Assembly (NCBI GenBank): GCA_010909165.1
Contig: MU008205.1
Coordinates: 186,001-250,000 of the forward strand
Direction: 5' to 3'
Length of the DNA stretch: 64,000 nt
DNA from: Anthoceros angustus
Lineage: Eukaryota; Plantae; Anthocerotophyta
Positions 36,762-49,497 of this stretch are shown piece after piece. Position 1 is the first letter of the stretch, and every line of letters starts with the position of its first letter. The position numbers were made by a program, and so were the translations under genes. The notes below the pieces were generated by a model that made no database searches, was not told where the DNA came from, and was given only the letters and a program-made list of their open reading frames with translations.

Positions 36762-37483
36762 GGTTTGCTCCTGCTAAACCAATTCCTCTGCGCGGCAAAG
36801 AGGATCCCTGGCAGGAGGAAGGGAAGGACGCGGAGATCAAGGGCGCGCGCGGAGATGCGGATGGAAGCGTGCGCTGCGTACTGAGCTTGGCAGTGAGAAG
36901 TGGCAGCGAAAGTCCGGATGAGAAGCCCAAATCACAGTCCTCGCACTCCTTGCTATACGACCATTGGAAAGAGAAAACAAAAGCAGCAATACCGAAGTCG
37001 ATATTTTGCGGGGGAAGATATTCAAGCACTGCAACACCCTACTAGGGTCAGGTTGGAGCCACGGGCCACGCGGGATTTAACAGGATAAGAAGTAAGTTTG
37101 TCGTCTACATATCGGAGCCCATCGTGGCCACTCACACACTCAATATTAGGACGTAGGGCGCTGTGGAGCAGTGGAGTGCTATGCTCCTTGCATTCCGCAC
37201 TTCAGGCGCAATTGCTTAGATTTGCCCGATCAGTAGGGCACTAGTATATCTCATGTGCTTCAATATCTATAAACTTGAAAGTTCTAGATGTAATTTGATT
37301 TGCCCGATCAATAGGGCACTACTATATCTCATGTGTTTCAATATCCCTAAACTTGAAGATTCGGGACGTAATTTGCAAGTTGTTAAAGAGGATTGGCCTA
37401 TCCAAGCCTCGAGTTCGACTGTCATTATGTTCTATGCTTTAAGATACGACTCTTCACTTTACCGCATCATGGACTAACATAAC

Positions 37484-40000
37484 TGTCATGTTGTGTGACA
37501 CTAATCTCTACACTTGGGTTTAATGTTTGATTAGCATTAATTAATCTAATTATCTATCTTTAAGTAAGTAATTAATATTAATTAATCTAAATTACTTATG
37601 TTAATTAAAAGTTGATCAGTGTTGATTAAATAGGAGTAGCAACAGCTAAGTGGATAAGCACAAGTAATATGCTTTAGCATATTCTTTGCATATTATAGTG
37701 TATTCTTAGGATATTTCCGGCATATGCTGATGCCATTAGGATATGCCGATGCCGAGGGCTAGTATATATAAACCTTTTCACCGAGGACAAGCTCATATCA
37801 TAGCTTGTCCTCTAGATATGCAATGCAAGAGTGTTGTGAGGAGGCCAAAGCTATGACTCCGAGAGCGATGTGTGAGGAATTTGCGTGTGATTTTCGTGGG
37901 AAGAGTGTGTTTGTGCCACAACGTGCGAGCTACTCTCTCCTATGTTACAAGCTATGAGCTCGTGTATACGGTAGACAGGCGTGTTAGGATTGATAAGCTT
38001 GCTAGGCAAGTTAGGCTATGCAAAGCTTAGTGTACTAGGCTTGTTAGGCGTACTAGTGTACTAAGTGTGCTAGGCGATGCTAGGCCGTGCTAGGCTTAGT
38101 GTGCTAGGCTTAGTGTGCTAGGCTTATTTGGCATGCTAGGCTTGCTAAGGAGATGCTAGGCTTGCTAAGGTAATGTTAGGCGATGCTAGCTCTTTAGGCA
38201 AGTAGGCAAGGGACCCTCTAAAGCCAAGGTGGAGCTTGAAGAGTGTGCCCAATGCTTAGAACAAGAGAGACTCATCGAAGAGGCCAAGTCTTAAGGCTTG
38301 AGGCCAAGAGAGGGGACCAAGGCCAAAGGAGAGGCCCAAGTTCGTTGGCTTAAGGCCAAAAGAGCGACCAAGGCCAAAGGAGAGGCGCAAGTCTCAAGGC
38401 GTGAGGCCAAGAGAAAGGACCCAAGGTACAAGGAGAGGCCCAAGTCCCAAGGCTTGAGGCCAAGAGGGGGACCAAGGCCAAAGGAGAGGCCCAAGTTCGT
38501 TGGCTTAAGGCCAAAAGAGGGACCAAAGCCAAAGGAGAGGCGCAAGTCTCAAGGCGTGAGGCCAAGAGAAAGGACCCAAGGTACAAGGAGAGGCCCAAGT
38601 CCCAAGGCTTGAGACCAAGAAGAAGAAGAAGATCAAGCACTTGGCAAATCCAAGGAGAGGAACGAGGCCTCCACAAGGTAGTTTGGTCTTTCAAGGCCAA
38701 CCAGCTAAGGGAGAAAGAAGAGTAAAATACTCTTGGACGCCGGATTTCAAGGGATAAGGGAGGAGAGGATAGAATTTGGTAAGATGCCAATCCATTCGTT
38801 TTCGAAATCTGTTCAAAACTCCAAGTTAGCAGACATCCCATCCAAGTATTGATCTACCCTGAGGGTGCTTAACCATGGAGATCTTATGTATGAGCTATCC
38901 AACAATAACAACAAAAACTTTATTTATGTCCACTAAGGATGGAAAGACCATTATGGAAGGACCATCATGGGACAAAGATAGTACAATGTAAAAGAGATTT
39001 AAACATCAAGTAACATACATACATACGTGTGAACTAGAGAGAGAAGTAGATCGCAAGATGGAAAAAGGGAAGGAAAGCTATAATAGACAGAAGATCTATA
39101 AAAAGTCTAACTGGGTTTACCGAAAATCAAGAAGCTCAGAGAGACATAGGCCAATGAGCTTCGGAATATGAAACGAGAAGAATCTGCACAAGGAAAAACC
39201 AGCGCACTAAAAAAGAAAAGTGTAGCGAGCCCTAATAGGAGCATATACAAGGCAATAAAAAAGGAAGTGCGATTCAGATTCAAGGTCAAGGGAGCAGAGC
39301 TTACAAATGCGGCCAACTTGAGAAGCTTATCCAACTCACCCACCTCAAACCCTTGTCTTGCAAAGAAACTAAAGAGTATTTGTATGTAATTTAGACACGC
39401 ATAGATACTTAGAGGTTTCACTAATCACGACCTAAGTAAATGGAGTATGTTAACCTTGATTAAGGGTTGTGATTTAGTCACTAATCACCTTGGAGTGCAT
39501 GCCTGGATAGACTCGATCCGGACGGAGCTACGTACCAGTCAGTTCATCGAAGTGAATTCGAAGTTCCGACCAAGAGAGAGAAGTACAAACACCTCGATTT
39601 TGGCACCAGCGAAGAACACAGAGGAACCCAGGTTAATCAATAATCTTTGAAGGATCTAAGAGTGGCAATACACAAGATACGTCGGTACCGTCGGGACAAC
39701 TCAGCAAAAGCGATAGCAAAGAGGACTTGTCTTTAGAAGTCGTCAAGATGAGAGGAAACAAGGACCGAATGGAGTTGTTCACGGGACAAGCGGGCACCTT
39801 GCCGCTGGAGGACTTCATCGAGAAGTACGGTGTGGTATGTGCCGAGATGGAATTGAAGACTAGATACACGAAGCGATACGAGTTCATCCAAATGCCAAAG
39901 TACTTGGAGGATGAAGCAGTGGCGTGCTATCGAAAGCACAAGGCAAGGTTGTTGAGCGGCACAACTAGAGGACTAGTGAGTGCAGCCGAGTTCGTGAAAC
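37484..40000 (+). mobile_element. 5' part of an LTR retroelement: LTR-like region, PBS-like tggcaccagc (about 39601) and truncated gag
   Basis: TGTCA start similar to the LTR start at 53024; gag ELFTGQAGTLPLEDFIEKY..YLEDEAVACY resembles the gag at 6594. Confidence 0.65.
38020..38612. repeat. Short tandem arrays: tgctaggc-type (38020-38200) and a 156-bp higher-order unit built from aggcc(c)aag (38293-38612)
   Basis: Periodicity visible directly in the sequence. Confidence 0.85.
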
Positions 40001-40024
40001 CACGGCATCACCACACGTTAGGGA

Positions 40025-41030
40025 GTTCGTCACCAAAACCTGGATAGTTCTCTCCGGAGTAGCCCGCCCGCTCGGAGACTCGGGACTTGCGTAAGTATTG
40101 ACGCCAGAGCAAGGCTACACCGACATCAACCCTAAAAGAAAAATCGACACTGGAGCAAACCCTCTCTTATCCGCTTCCCAAGGCAAAGCGCTTTATTACA
40201 TCCCTAAAATGTGGCTTTCACGCAACAACCATCATGCACACGCGAGTGACCCCACATCCCTATGCGTGTCTAGCCACATCTACGGCGGTGAGGCTACTGT
40301 TGGATCGCGGGCCGACTCGACTGGCCGACTCCCGACTGCAGCCCATTCCAACTGCACCTGAGAGGTGCCCAATCTGATTATTCTTGACCCCATCCCGCAG
40401 AGGCTCCACCCTTCTCCTTAGCTGACAGATTATGCTATAGAGTCAGAATCACTACTTGGCCACAGAGGGAGACACACGATGAGCAAAACACGCAAATCTA
40501 CGTGGTTTGATTCACGGATTGCGCAAGAGTCACAAGGTGCTTTGGTCCCTAACAAATAGCTCGCACGACCAAGATTGAACTCTCTGATCCTTGGCTCACA
40601 ATTTTCATTCTCACGCTCGCCATCATTTACACGATTCTATCACTGATTTCCAAATAATTCAAGCTATGCACCATATGCAGTCATGCTATGCCTCTTCCCA
40701 AGTTGAACACGCACAGCACTTAGGGCCTTTACTTGGCCCATTTCACACCTACAGCTAAGCAGCTATTTCTAACCTAGCTGTCTATTTATAGGGCCATATT
40801 TCTTGGTCCTTAAAAAATAATAAAGGAAACTAATCCTTGAGTTATGGACCAACCCCAAAAAAAAAGGATATTTCTCTATGTCCTTGGTTAGCGAACATAT
40901 CTAAACTAAGCAAAAAGTGTAAAAGAAAATATTGGTTAAGTTTGTATTCATTTTCCTTACCTTAGCTCGTGGTCCAATGTCGATATGGTTGCTGGGATAG
41001 TCCCGGCAATCTCGACTATGGACCGCTACA
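40025..41030 (-). mobile_element. LTR-like segment in reverse orientation followed by PBS-like tggtgac
   Basis: Minus strand starts TGTAGCGG at 41030; ctataaatag TATA box at about 40790; ttttggtgac at about 40038. Confidence 0.45.
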
Positions 41031-41474
41031 TTTTAAAGCCACCGACAGCCTCCAGAGTCCCGACTGCGGAGGATCATCATGTCCCATGACCGGGATGTAC
41101 CAGCGCCCGGCAATCTCCTCGACAACCGTGAAAGGCTGAGGATTGGGATTGCTCATTGTCCCGAGTGCATGGCCGGACAACCCACTACCCCGCTATAAGG
41201 GCTGAGGGACGACCATGTCCCTGGTCGGTCCCGGCAGCCCCTGCCAGGGACTGCCATGTCCCATGACTCGGACGGCCCTGATAGTCCCGATGGATCGCCT
41301 CGCCCCAGTCGATAACAGAATCTCCGCTCCTTCTTACTTGCCCATATATTGTTAGTCCAGTATTCGGGACTGCTGTAGCTTGAATGGGGCAAAAGTTTTG
41401 GCAATCCCGAGTATGGCTTCGCCACAAAGGGTCCTCCTTGCAAAGAGTGAAATTAGTTGGGAGAGCATCTGCTC

Positions 41475-42161
41475 CTAACCTCCACGGAGGACTCGTTCCT
41501 CCTCTCCCTCCTTCAGGAGGTTATGGTGTCCCCAAACATGCAAGATGAAAGGGGACAGCGCTGATGGGGGAGGCCGCTCGTTGCGTAGCTTCCGGGCCTC
41601 CTGGGCTATCCAGGCAAGAATGATCTGCCCCCAATCCGCCCTTTTGCCCCTCAGGAGGGCGTGCAGGAACACCAGGAGGTTATCCCCAAGGTGATCCACC
41701 TTGGTGAGCATGTTCCAGCGAACAATAATTTTTGCCACTGCCCTCACCCGTCAGTCCAACAGGTCCGACATCAGCCACTCGTTGGAGGATCTATGGGTTC
41801 CTGGCTTCAATAAAGCAGCCTTCGCTGCTTCCAACTTTCCCTTTACCTTCGTGGCTCGCTCTCGACCTCCTCCGGGCCGGTTGTACAAGGGCGACCTCCA
41901 CCGTCCATCGCCAAGGGTCCTCCCTTAGACTCTTCGAGCGGACGGCTTTGCTCGCCGCCGCCAGCATCTTCCGGGCATATTCCCGAATTAGCGTCACATT
42001 GTCGTAGGTCCATACAGCTTGGAAGATGTCCAGGTGCTACTCCTGAACGAGCTCACCCACCTCTTCAAACCAGAGACCTAAGTCGGGGTAGCGCCTGGTG
42101 ACTATGTTCTTCTCCACCAAGCGCCATGGCTCCAAGACCTCTTCTGTCTTCTTGGGCCCCA
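41475..42161 (-). pseudogene. Retrotransposon accessory ORF remnant (Tat/Athila extra-ORF-like)
   Basis: MGPKKTEE..; LHALLRGKRADWGQIILAWI..LSPFILHVW; purine tract aagggggag on the + strand at about 42833. Confidence 0.5.
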
Positions 42162-43424
42162 TGTGCGCTCGCCGCTCGTCTTGCTGCTCAGGTAGGACAG
42201 GCGTCGATGCTCTCCGCTGCGCTCTTGAGGTGGAGAGGAATTTGCGCACCGAAAAGGGTCGAAGGCCACAGGGCGTTGCGCTCGAGCCCCGGAAGAGAAA
42301 GCGCCAAAGAGCTGGTTGCCTAAGCGCGAGCAACTGAGAGAATTGCCAGGAGGTTGCCCGGGAAGATGACTTTCTCTCAGCAGCGGGGCGTCGGGCGTAA
42401 TCGGTGGATGGGAAGGTGTCCCTTCGCTGCCAGCCACCGTCCTGCATCCTATACCGTCACTTCACGCCCGCCGCCTTCTTGGCGCATGTCCTTGGGTCGT
42501 GACTACTTGCCTATAACAGCGATTGACAACTCTGAGGTTCTGGTCTGCTGCATGTCAGTCATCCACTCGGCACCGTCCACGTGTCATTCTTACCAAATTA
42601 CGCCCCTACGCCCAACCCCAAGGCCTCTCCTTCCTTCGGACTTCACTCAGGTCTGCGCTGGAGTTCCTTTGGAGTCGCTCCGGAGTCACGCCGGAGTCCC
42701 CGACGCTGCCCAGCGAGGCCCTTTTCCCAGGTCTTCCCCGTTTACCGTGGCTAGGCCAGTTTAGCCTTATTTCCCCCATATACCGCCTTATTCTTCACAC
42801 CAAACACAAAAAAAACTCCTTTTTACCTTTCTAAGGGGGAGTCTATCGTTCTTCCCTTGTCCACACCTACAATCAGTAGGAGCTTGAAATCGAGTGAGCG
42901 AGTAGCATCTTGGTTCATTCTCGCCCGCGTTCAAACAAAACCTTCCGTTAGCCACATCACTAGAAGGTGTTGTCTTTGTACGCTCGAGGCTGAAGGACGG
43001 TGATAGCATTGGACTGCACGGTGCACTTGCACAACTCCTTGCAGATGCTGGGTTACCACCAAGTCGTGGTCTTAGACTCATTAATTCGTTGAACAGGGTC
43101 AACACTCTATTCTCGCATTTGAGGCAATCTGGCCGATGGAGTCCTCAAGGTGTATGTCTCATATGTACATAGGTAAATTATAATTTATCAAAATCCAATT
43201 ATAATTTTGTATCCGGGAAAGGGGTCTAAGCCGTATTCCAGTGGGGCTAGCTTACTCACACCACAAGAGCCGCGGGAAGTCACATATCTATTCACCATAG
43301 AGGAGAAAGCCATTAATTTGGAAAATCATTTTACTTCAACGAAACAAGTTTTACCTACATATGTGGAGAAGCTTACTGGTAAAAACCTCCTGGGGATTAA
43401 TGATCCCCCTGCTCCTTCTTGTCC

Positions 43425-43850
43425 TGGTGGCAACACAATATCGGAAGTTGTTTCCGAGACGGCGGACCGTGTTCGCCGTGCTTTGAACTTGAGAATTTAT
43501 GGTCTTGGTAATGACATTGTTGCACCACTTGTGGCTGCTAAGGAGTTTCTCAATAGGGTAGAGGTCGATGTGGTCGTTCCTCGAGCCTTCTAGCTTGGAA
43601 AGGATCCTGGTAGGGAACGCATATTGATTATGACTTTTCATTCTATGGATGATCGCCTCCAAGTTATGAAGGCTAGGTCTATGTTACGGACAACTCAGTT
43701 ATATATCAATGAGGATCTTACACCATTGCAATGGAAGACTAAGAAGGAGAAGTAACCCGCTTTCAAAGCAGCTCGTGCTGCAGGTCAAGTGGCTTTCTTT
43801 CGTGGGGATGAATTGGTGGTGTTTGGCCCTCGTTCACGTAATTTCATTGA
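43425..43850 (+). pseudogene. Non-LTR retrotransposon (LINE) ORF1 remnant
   Basis: DRVRRALNLRIYGL..R.LIMTF..LR...LYINEDLT..AFFRGDEL; two in-frame stops. Confidence 0.7.
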
Positions 43851-44564
43851 CACTATTGATTGATTGAAGATTATTTGTCTTGTTTGAATTTTACCTTTAC
43901 ATTCGTCCAGAAATATATATAGTTATTATATTTCAGTCCCATGACGAAAATCCGTCCTTAATGGACTTTAATAAAATTCTTCTTCTTCTTCTATTCGCAC
44001 CTACCGAAAAAAATAATATGAGCCCGGTTATGGTGGTCGCCCACCATGGAAATGGAACTTTAGAAGTAAATATATATGTAGGTGACAGCAAACGGTAGAT
44101 GAGCGGACAGTGACATTGCTTGATGGATTGATGGATAGACGGAACGGTGTCGTATGGGACGGATGAGGTTAGGCGAAATGTGTGGATCACTCCTTGGATG
44201 TGGATACTTGGAGTAAGGGGCGGCGTTACTTGAACTTTTGAAGCACTTGCTTCATGTGGTGGTTGGGAGGAGGAGGAAGCAGCATTTTTTGTTGGTGTTA
44301 AAAGAAGCCCGCGCATGTCCTCGGTGCCCCGTATGATGAAGGCGCGCTCACCTTGCCTCGGATGCTTCTGCCAACTCTGGGCGGAGCATCGGAAACAGGA
44401 ATCCCTCCACTCCGTATGCTCACAATCCAGGCGGAAGGAGGCGTTTTGAGCTTCCGGGCTCCCGCTTTCTCCTGTCCTCATGCTCTGAGACTGGAGCTGT
44501 GGCTGTAGGGATTCGTCGGATGGATCAACTGGATGAAGTGAAGAAGATTGTGGATAACAGTGCA

Positions 44565-47231
44565 ATGCTGCGCTTTGCAGCCATTGCAATGACAGACTGG
44601 CTTGGTTTACCGTCATTCCCTATGGTAGCCAGTGTTGCCCCTCCCCGCCCTGGTCCGGTTGCGCCTTGTTCCAAATGCTGGGGTACGTCCAGGGCAGGGA
44701 CTCGTTCCGTGCAAGTTCCGGGGCTCCAGCCTGGGCATGGTCTCGGCACCTCTACTTCGTCGGAATTCCACCCGTTGATGAGACTGGTTGAAGAGTATGT
44801 GGCTGGAGGTCGGTACAGGCTCGAAGGTTTCGGAAACAGGAAGCCGGAACCGCTCTTTCAGACTGTGCGAAAGCGAGGTGTGTCCAGTACCTCCCGCCGC
44901 CTTCGGCGAGCCCTACATCGGCTTGCATCCAGACATCAGCGGTAACCTCAGGGTAGCTCGAACATTTCCTCACATCCGGATGCTTGAATTGCGCTCGAAG
45001 CATCTTGAAGCCTGTTATGTGATTCGATGGGGTGGTGGTGTTGTTTCTCAAGCTTGAGTTAGCGCCTGTGTGTGTTGTACCGTGAGACGAATGTTGCTGA
45101 CGATGGGGTCGCGTGTCTGTTTACAGGGACATGCGTGTCGGAGTACACGTCGTGCATCTGGCAAGTGGCGAAGAAGTATCCCTTCGGAGTCGTGCAATTT
45201 TCCCTCTTGCCAGCATCGCCAAGCTGCCAATCATGGTCGAGGCAGCTCTGCAGTTGCAGGAATCAGAGGTGAGCTTGAGACGCTGCTGCTTGGTGGGAAT
45301 GTGTGGTGGGCGCCTGGTGAGAATGAGGTGAACTAGCTAAGGCAGTGCTTGAGGTTAAGTCTGATGTATGGTCGACGGTACTCCACTGCAGAAAAGAAAT
45401 GGCTCCCTGAAACTAAACTCGGCAATCACCGTGAAAGAAGGAGACAAGTGCATTGGTAGTGGCCAACTGTGGAAGAGGCGAAGGTTTGCGTGCTATGCAG
45501 GCCCAGTTTCTGGTGGAGTTCCATGGGCTACCATCTCCAGCTAATACACTTTCGTGTTCTCCGTTGTGTGACTGCCAGTAATTCCAAAGTAAGTTTCGGA
45601 AAATGTTTGGAGCTCATGCAGACAATTTCTGACAACACAGCAGCCGACCTGGTTAGTGACATCCTGTCTCCCATTTTTCTAATAGGCGGACTCTTGTTCA
45701 AAGAAAATGTCTATAGGCAATGAAACTTGTGTGTAAAGTTGTGGCTGTTTGATTGCAGGTGCTGCAAAGAGTAACCCTCGCCAGAGTCCAGCAGCGTATT
45801 GTGAATCTTGGCTTGACTGCAACGGATATCAATCTTTCTCAACGGCAGGTGACGCATGTTCTGCTGTACTTCTGCTAAGCCACTCGCTCCTTTCCGACAT
45901 CATCGAAGCAGTCCTTCGCCCGTGATGCCAATAGCTCTTGTGCAATCCATTTTAACATGAATATTCTAATCAGTTTGCATTTTTGGACTACAGGCTTACC
46001 TCGTGGCTATGGGCAAGGCTCCTAGTATGAAGGGGATGTCATCCCGGCAGATAGCCAATATGTATGTTCCATAACAGACATTCTTGGCTGATCGTTGTCT
46101 GCTCTTGTCGGTAGACAAAGCCCCTTTCTTTTCACTTCTCATCCTATTCCCTGAAAGTAGTGGATGTTGCTGTCTTGTAGTCTTGACAAAGTCAAAGTCA
46201 ATCTGTTTAGCTTCTCCTCTTGACATGCTTTCTAGCCCAGGTGGAAAAGATTCACACCAGATGAACGCCTGCAAGTAGCACAAGAAACTGAGGCTGCAAA
46301 TAGAAATTTAAGCTTCCTTGAGTTCAATGGGATTGAGGTCTCTGCTGAGAAGTTACTGGAGGTACTGATTGACACTGCTGGTACTGATTGATTGATCTGA
46401 TTGACACTCCTGGCACTGGGTGGCCACATGGTGGCAGTGAATATCTTAGTTGTCTCACACATGGGGACGTCTGCAGCTGGAGAAAAGCTCCCGCAATTGG
46501 AGAGACAATCTAGCAGTTGCTGCAGCTGTGGACAACAGCGGCTCTCCTGCCGACATAGCACACTTACTGTCGATGCTGGCACGTGGAGAAATTCTTTCGC
46601 AGGCCTGGACGAGCCACTGCCTATCTATTCTTGCCAAACAGGTTTGCATCTCAGAAACACAAGCTACTCTAACATGTGCTGTTCCCATCTGACCTTCACC
46701 CATCACGTGCATTCAACTTAAGCTGCTTGCTCCTACTCATGGCTCTGACGAACAGAAATGTGGCCAACGACGTCTCCCTTGCTACCTTCCTGAAGCCACC
46801 CCAATCTACCACAAGACCGGGAGGTAATGTTTTTATCCCAACTTTTTTTTCACCCTCCCTGTGAGAAACTGTCCATTGCTCCAACAATCGGCAGTGTTTT
46901 GGTAATCAGCGTTGCAGGGGTTGCACATGATGCCGGCATTATTCAAGTCGGAGGTGGACGTGATCATGTCGTTGTCTCGGCCTTTGTGGATGGCATCCAG
47001 CGGGTACGGCCAGCGTCCTTCTTTCCAGCTGTTTGGCGTCTTTGTGTTGTGGACCCCTTAGACGCCACGCTGTTGTCATATTTGTGAATGTTTGCTGGAA
47101 CTGACCTGCTGGTTCTCCCTCTGGGTACTGTGCAGCATCACGAGCGGGAAGCTGAGGCTGTTATTGCGCGAATCGGCCGTCTGATATATAAAGCATACTC
47201 AACCCAAGAAATGCGCCCGAGAGCTGTCTAA
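44565..47231 (+). CDS. Class A beta-lactamase / PBP-like serine hydrolase, 11 exons, N-terminal extension (start codon uncertain: 44520, 44565 or 44622)
   Basis: Exons: start-44941, 45127-45268, 45392-45483, 45579-45651, 45759-45848, 45994-46061, 46241-46337 or 46361, 46477-46641, 46756-46823, 46910-47003, 47136-47231. All introns GT-AG and phase-compatible. Motifs FPLASIAK, SDNTAAD, HKTGS..HDAG. Confidence 0.88.
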
Positions 47232-47404
47232 AGTAGAGTTTGCCGTTCGTCTTCGCAGGATTCGCGTACCAATTCTTGCCCACGTATGTGGCTCATTTTT
47301 TTTGGTCAACTGTAAATTCTGTAAGAATGGGCAGTACCCAAATGGAGTAACAGTATTCCCTCTGCAGTCCACTTGCCAAACTACTGCAGCTCCCTCCGAA
47401 GTCC

Positions 47405-49030
47405 ATGGCGGTCGTGGGATCTCTGCCTATGCCTGTGGCGACCGGCGAGTCTTCTTGTGAGGATCGAGCACTGAAGCCTCTTTGCTGCCCTCCCAGTGAG
47501 TCTCCTTGTGAGGATCGAGCACCGAAGCCTCTTTGTTGCCCTCCCAGTGAGTCTCCTTGTGAAGATCGAGCACCGAAGCCTCTTTGTTGCCCTCCCAGTG
47601 AGTCTCCTTGTGAGAATCGAGCACCGAAGCCTCTTTGTTGCCCTCCCAATGGGGGAAGACAAGCGATGGCTATGGCCAAGGCAATTGCACAGACGAAATG
47701 GGAGGGTGAGCCCTGGGAAAAGCTGGAGTTGATGCACAAGGAGATTCTCCTTGGTGCAAAGCCAGGACATGTGCTTCTGAGGATGCAGGCGAGGGGTATC
47801 TCGCATATCGATATAGACCTCATCCGCTTCAACCACTTCAACAAGAATGTTCCCCAAGTTGTCCATGGCGTTGAGGGCCTGGGCGTCATAGAAGTGGTGT
47901 GCGAATTCTCGGGGCCCACATGTGCAACTCTGCAGCACAGTGTTGTTACGCATCTTTACCCGTTTTGACTGTTGGGTGTTGTCATCAGGTGGGAGATGGC
48001 GTGACTGGCTTCACAGTGGGCCAGAGAGTATGCCCTTTTCAGCTTCGCAGGTTCCAGGCCACAGGCCAAGGCACATGGCAGCAGTATCTGGAGGTGCCTG
48101 CAACCGAAGCCTTTCCCGTTCCAGATCACATCACCGACGAGGTTGCAGCCCAGATCTTCGGAACTCCCTTCACGGTGGTCTCCCTCTTCGAGCAGCTGCA
48201 GATTCCCAAGGGCGAGTTTCTGATCCAAGCCGCTACCAACACTGTAGCCGGCAGGTACGTGCTTCTCTCTTTCCAGGAAACGCTGAGTGCAGCTTCACGT
48301 GGTAAGGGGGTGGCGGTGGGTTGGTTTAGGATGGTGATCCAGTTAGCCAAACACCTCGGCATCAAGACCATCAGTATCATCAGAGGACTTCGAGGCGGCG
48401 TGAAGGAGGAACTGCAGGAGCTGGGAGCAGATGAAATCATCACAATTGCAGACGGTACTCGTCGGTGAACGTTACCGACTCGAACCGTTATCGTTCCATC
48501 CAAGCCTCTCAGCTGAGGTCCTTCGATGACTGTGCAGACATACCGGAACGAGTGAGGCAAATCACCGGCGGCAAGCTTGCTTATGCTGCTGTAGATGGAA
48601 TGGGAGGAAAACTCACACAGGTTTGGTTCATAAAATGTATCCACAGCTGGCCAGTATCAGGTTTCAGCAACGTTAACCTACGTTGTACCAACTTCAATTT
48701 TTCATGGCTTGGTGGGACTGTGGCCAGCAGCGAGTGGCAGCTGCCGTGAGAGATGGGGGACAGCATTTCGTGTACGGGCTTCACTCTGGAATCGACTTCG
48801 AAGTGCCGGAGTCTGAGCTGGCAAGGCATGTCAACGTCCAAGCCTTGTCGCTGGCCAGCCACTTGAAGACGCCTGGAGACTGCAATCGGCTTGGCAACAT
48901 CGTACTGGACTTGTCGAAAAGTGGGGCTCTCAAGCTTTCTGGGGAGAAAACCTTTGGACTGGAAGCCTTTCAGGAAGCTATCAAAGAGTCAATGATAGCT
49001 AAAGAAAGCAAAGTTTTGATCGTTGGCTGA
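47405..49030 (+). CDS. Medium-chain dehydrogenase/reductase (quinone-oxidoreductase / enoyl-reductase-like), 5 exons
   Basis: Exons 47405 (or 47666)-47896, 47989-48254, 48330-48454, 48538-48620, about 48731-49030; GVEGLGVIEVVGDGVTGFTVGQRV, GTWQQY, IQLAKHLGIKTI..ELGADEII, AVDGMGG. Confidence 0.88.
47447..47650 (+). repeat. 51-bp tandem repeat, 4 copies (ESPCEDRAPKPLCCPPS)
   Basis: Four near-identical units, in frame with the MDR coding sequence. Confidence 0.95.
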
Positions 49031-49336
49031 AACCTTGATGTGCTCATCCAGTTCCCAGGGTGGTTCCTCCAGGTACACACGGAAATTCTGTTACAGTAGC
49101 TGAAGTTAACTTGTGCAGTGCGGATGCTGGTGTTCATTCCTCCTCCGCCGCCGGCACTAACACTGTGTGCATCACGAAAGTCTCATCACAAAAGAATACA
49201 TCAAGAATTTCCAATTTCGAGAGGCAACATGACTAGAGGCTCACCTGTCTTATAACGGTATCCGGATAAAGGAATGATGCGCGTTTCCAATTTGGGCCCA
49301 CCTCGACCTGTGCTTCCCGATCTGGAATCGGTTGGT

Positions 49337-49497
49337 CCCCGACTTCCTCTCGACTCCCGACTCCCGACTCCCGACTTTCGCTCGACTCCCGACTCCCGAC
49401 TCCCGACTCCGGACTCCCGACTCTCTGCCGACTCCCGACTCCCGACTCCCTCTCGACTCCCGACTCCCGACTCCCGACTCCCGACTCCCGACTTCCC
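49337..49497. repeat. Heptamer minisatellite (CCCGACT)n
   Basis: About 20 units with interruptions. Confidence 0.95.

Noticed and set aside
43933-44616. 227-aa minus-strand ORF
   Set aside because: No motif, non-ATG start, overlaps the beta-lactamase 5' region.
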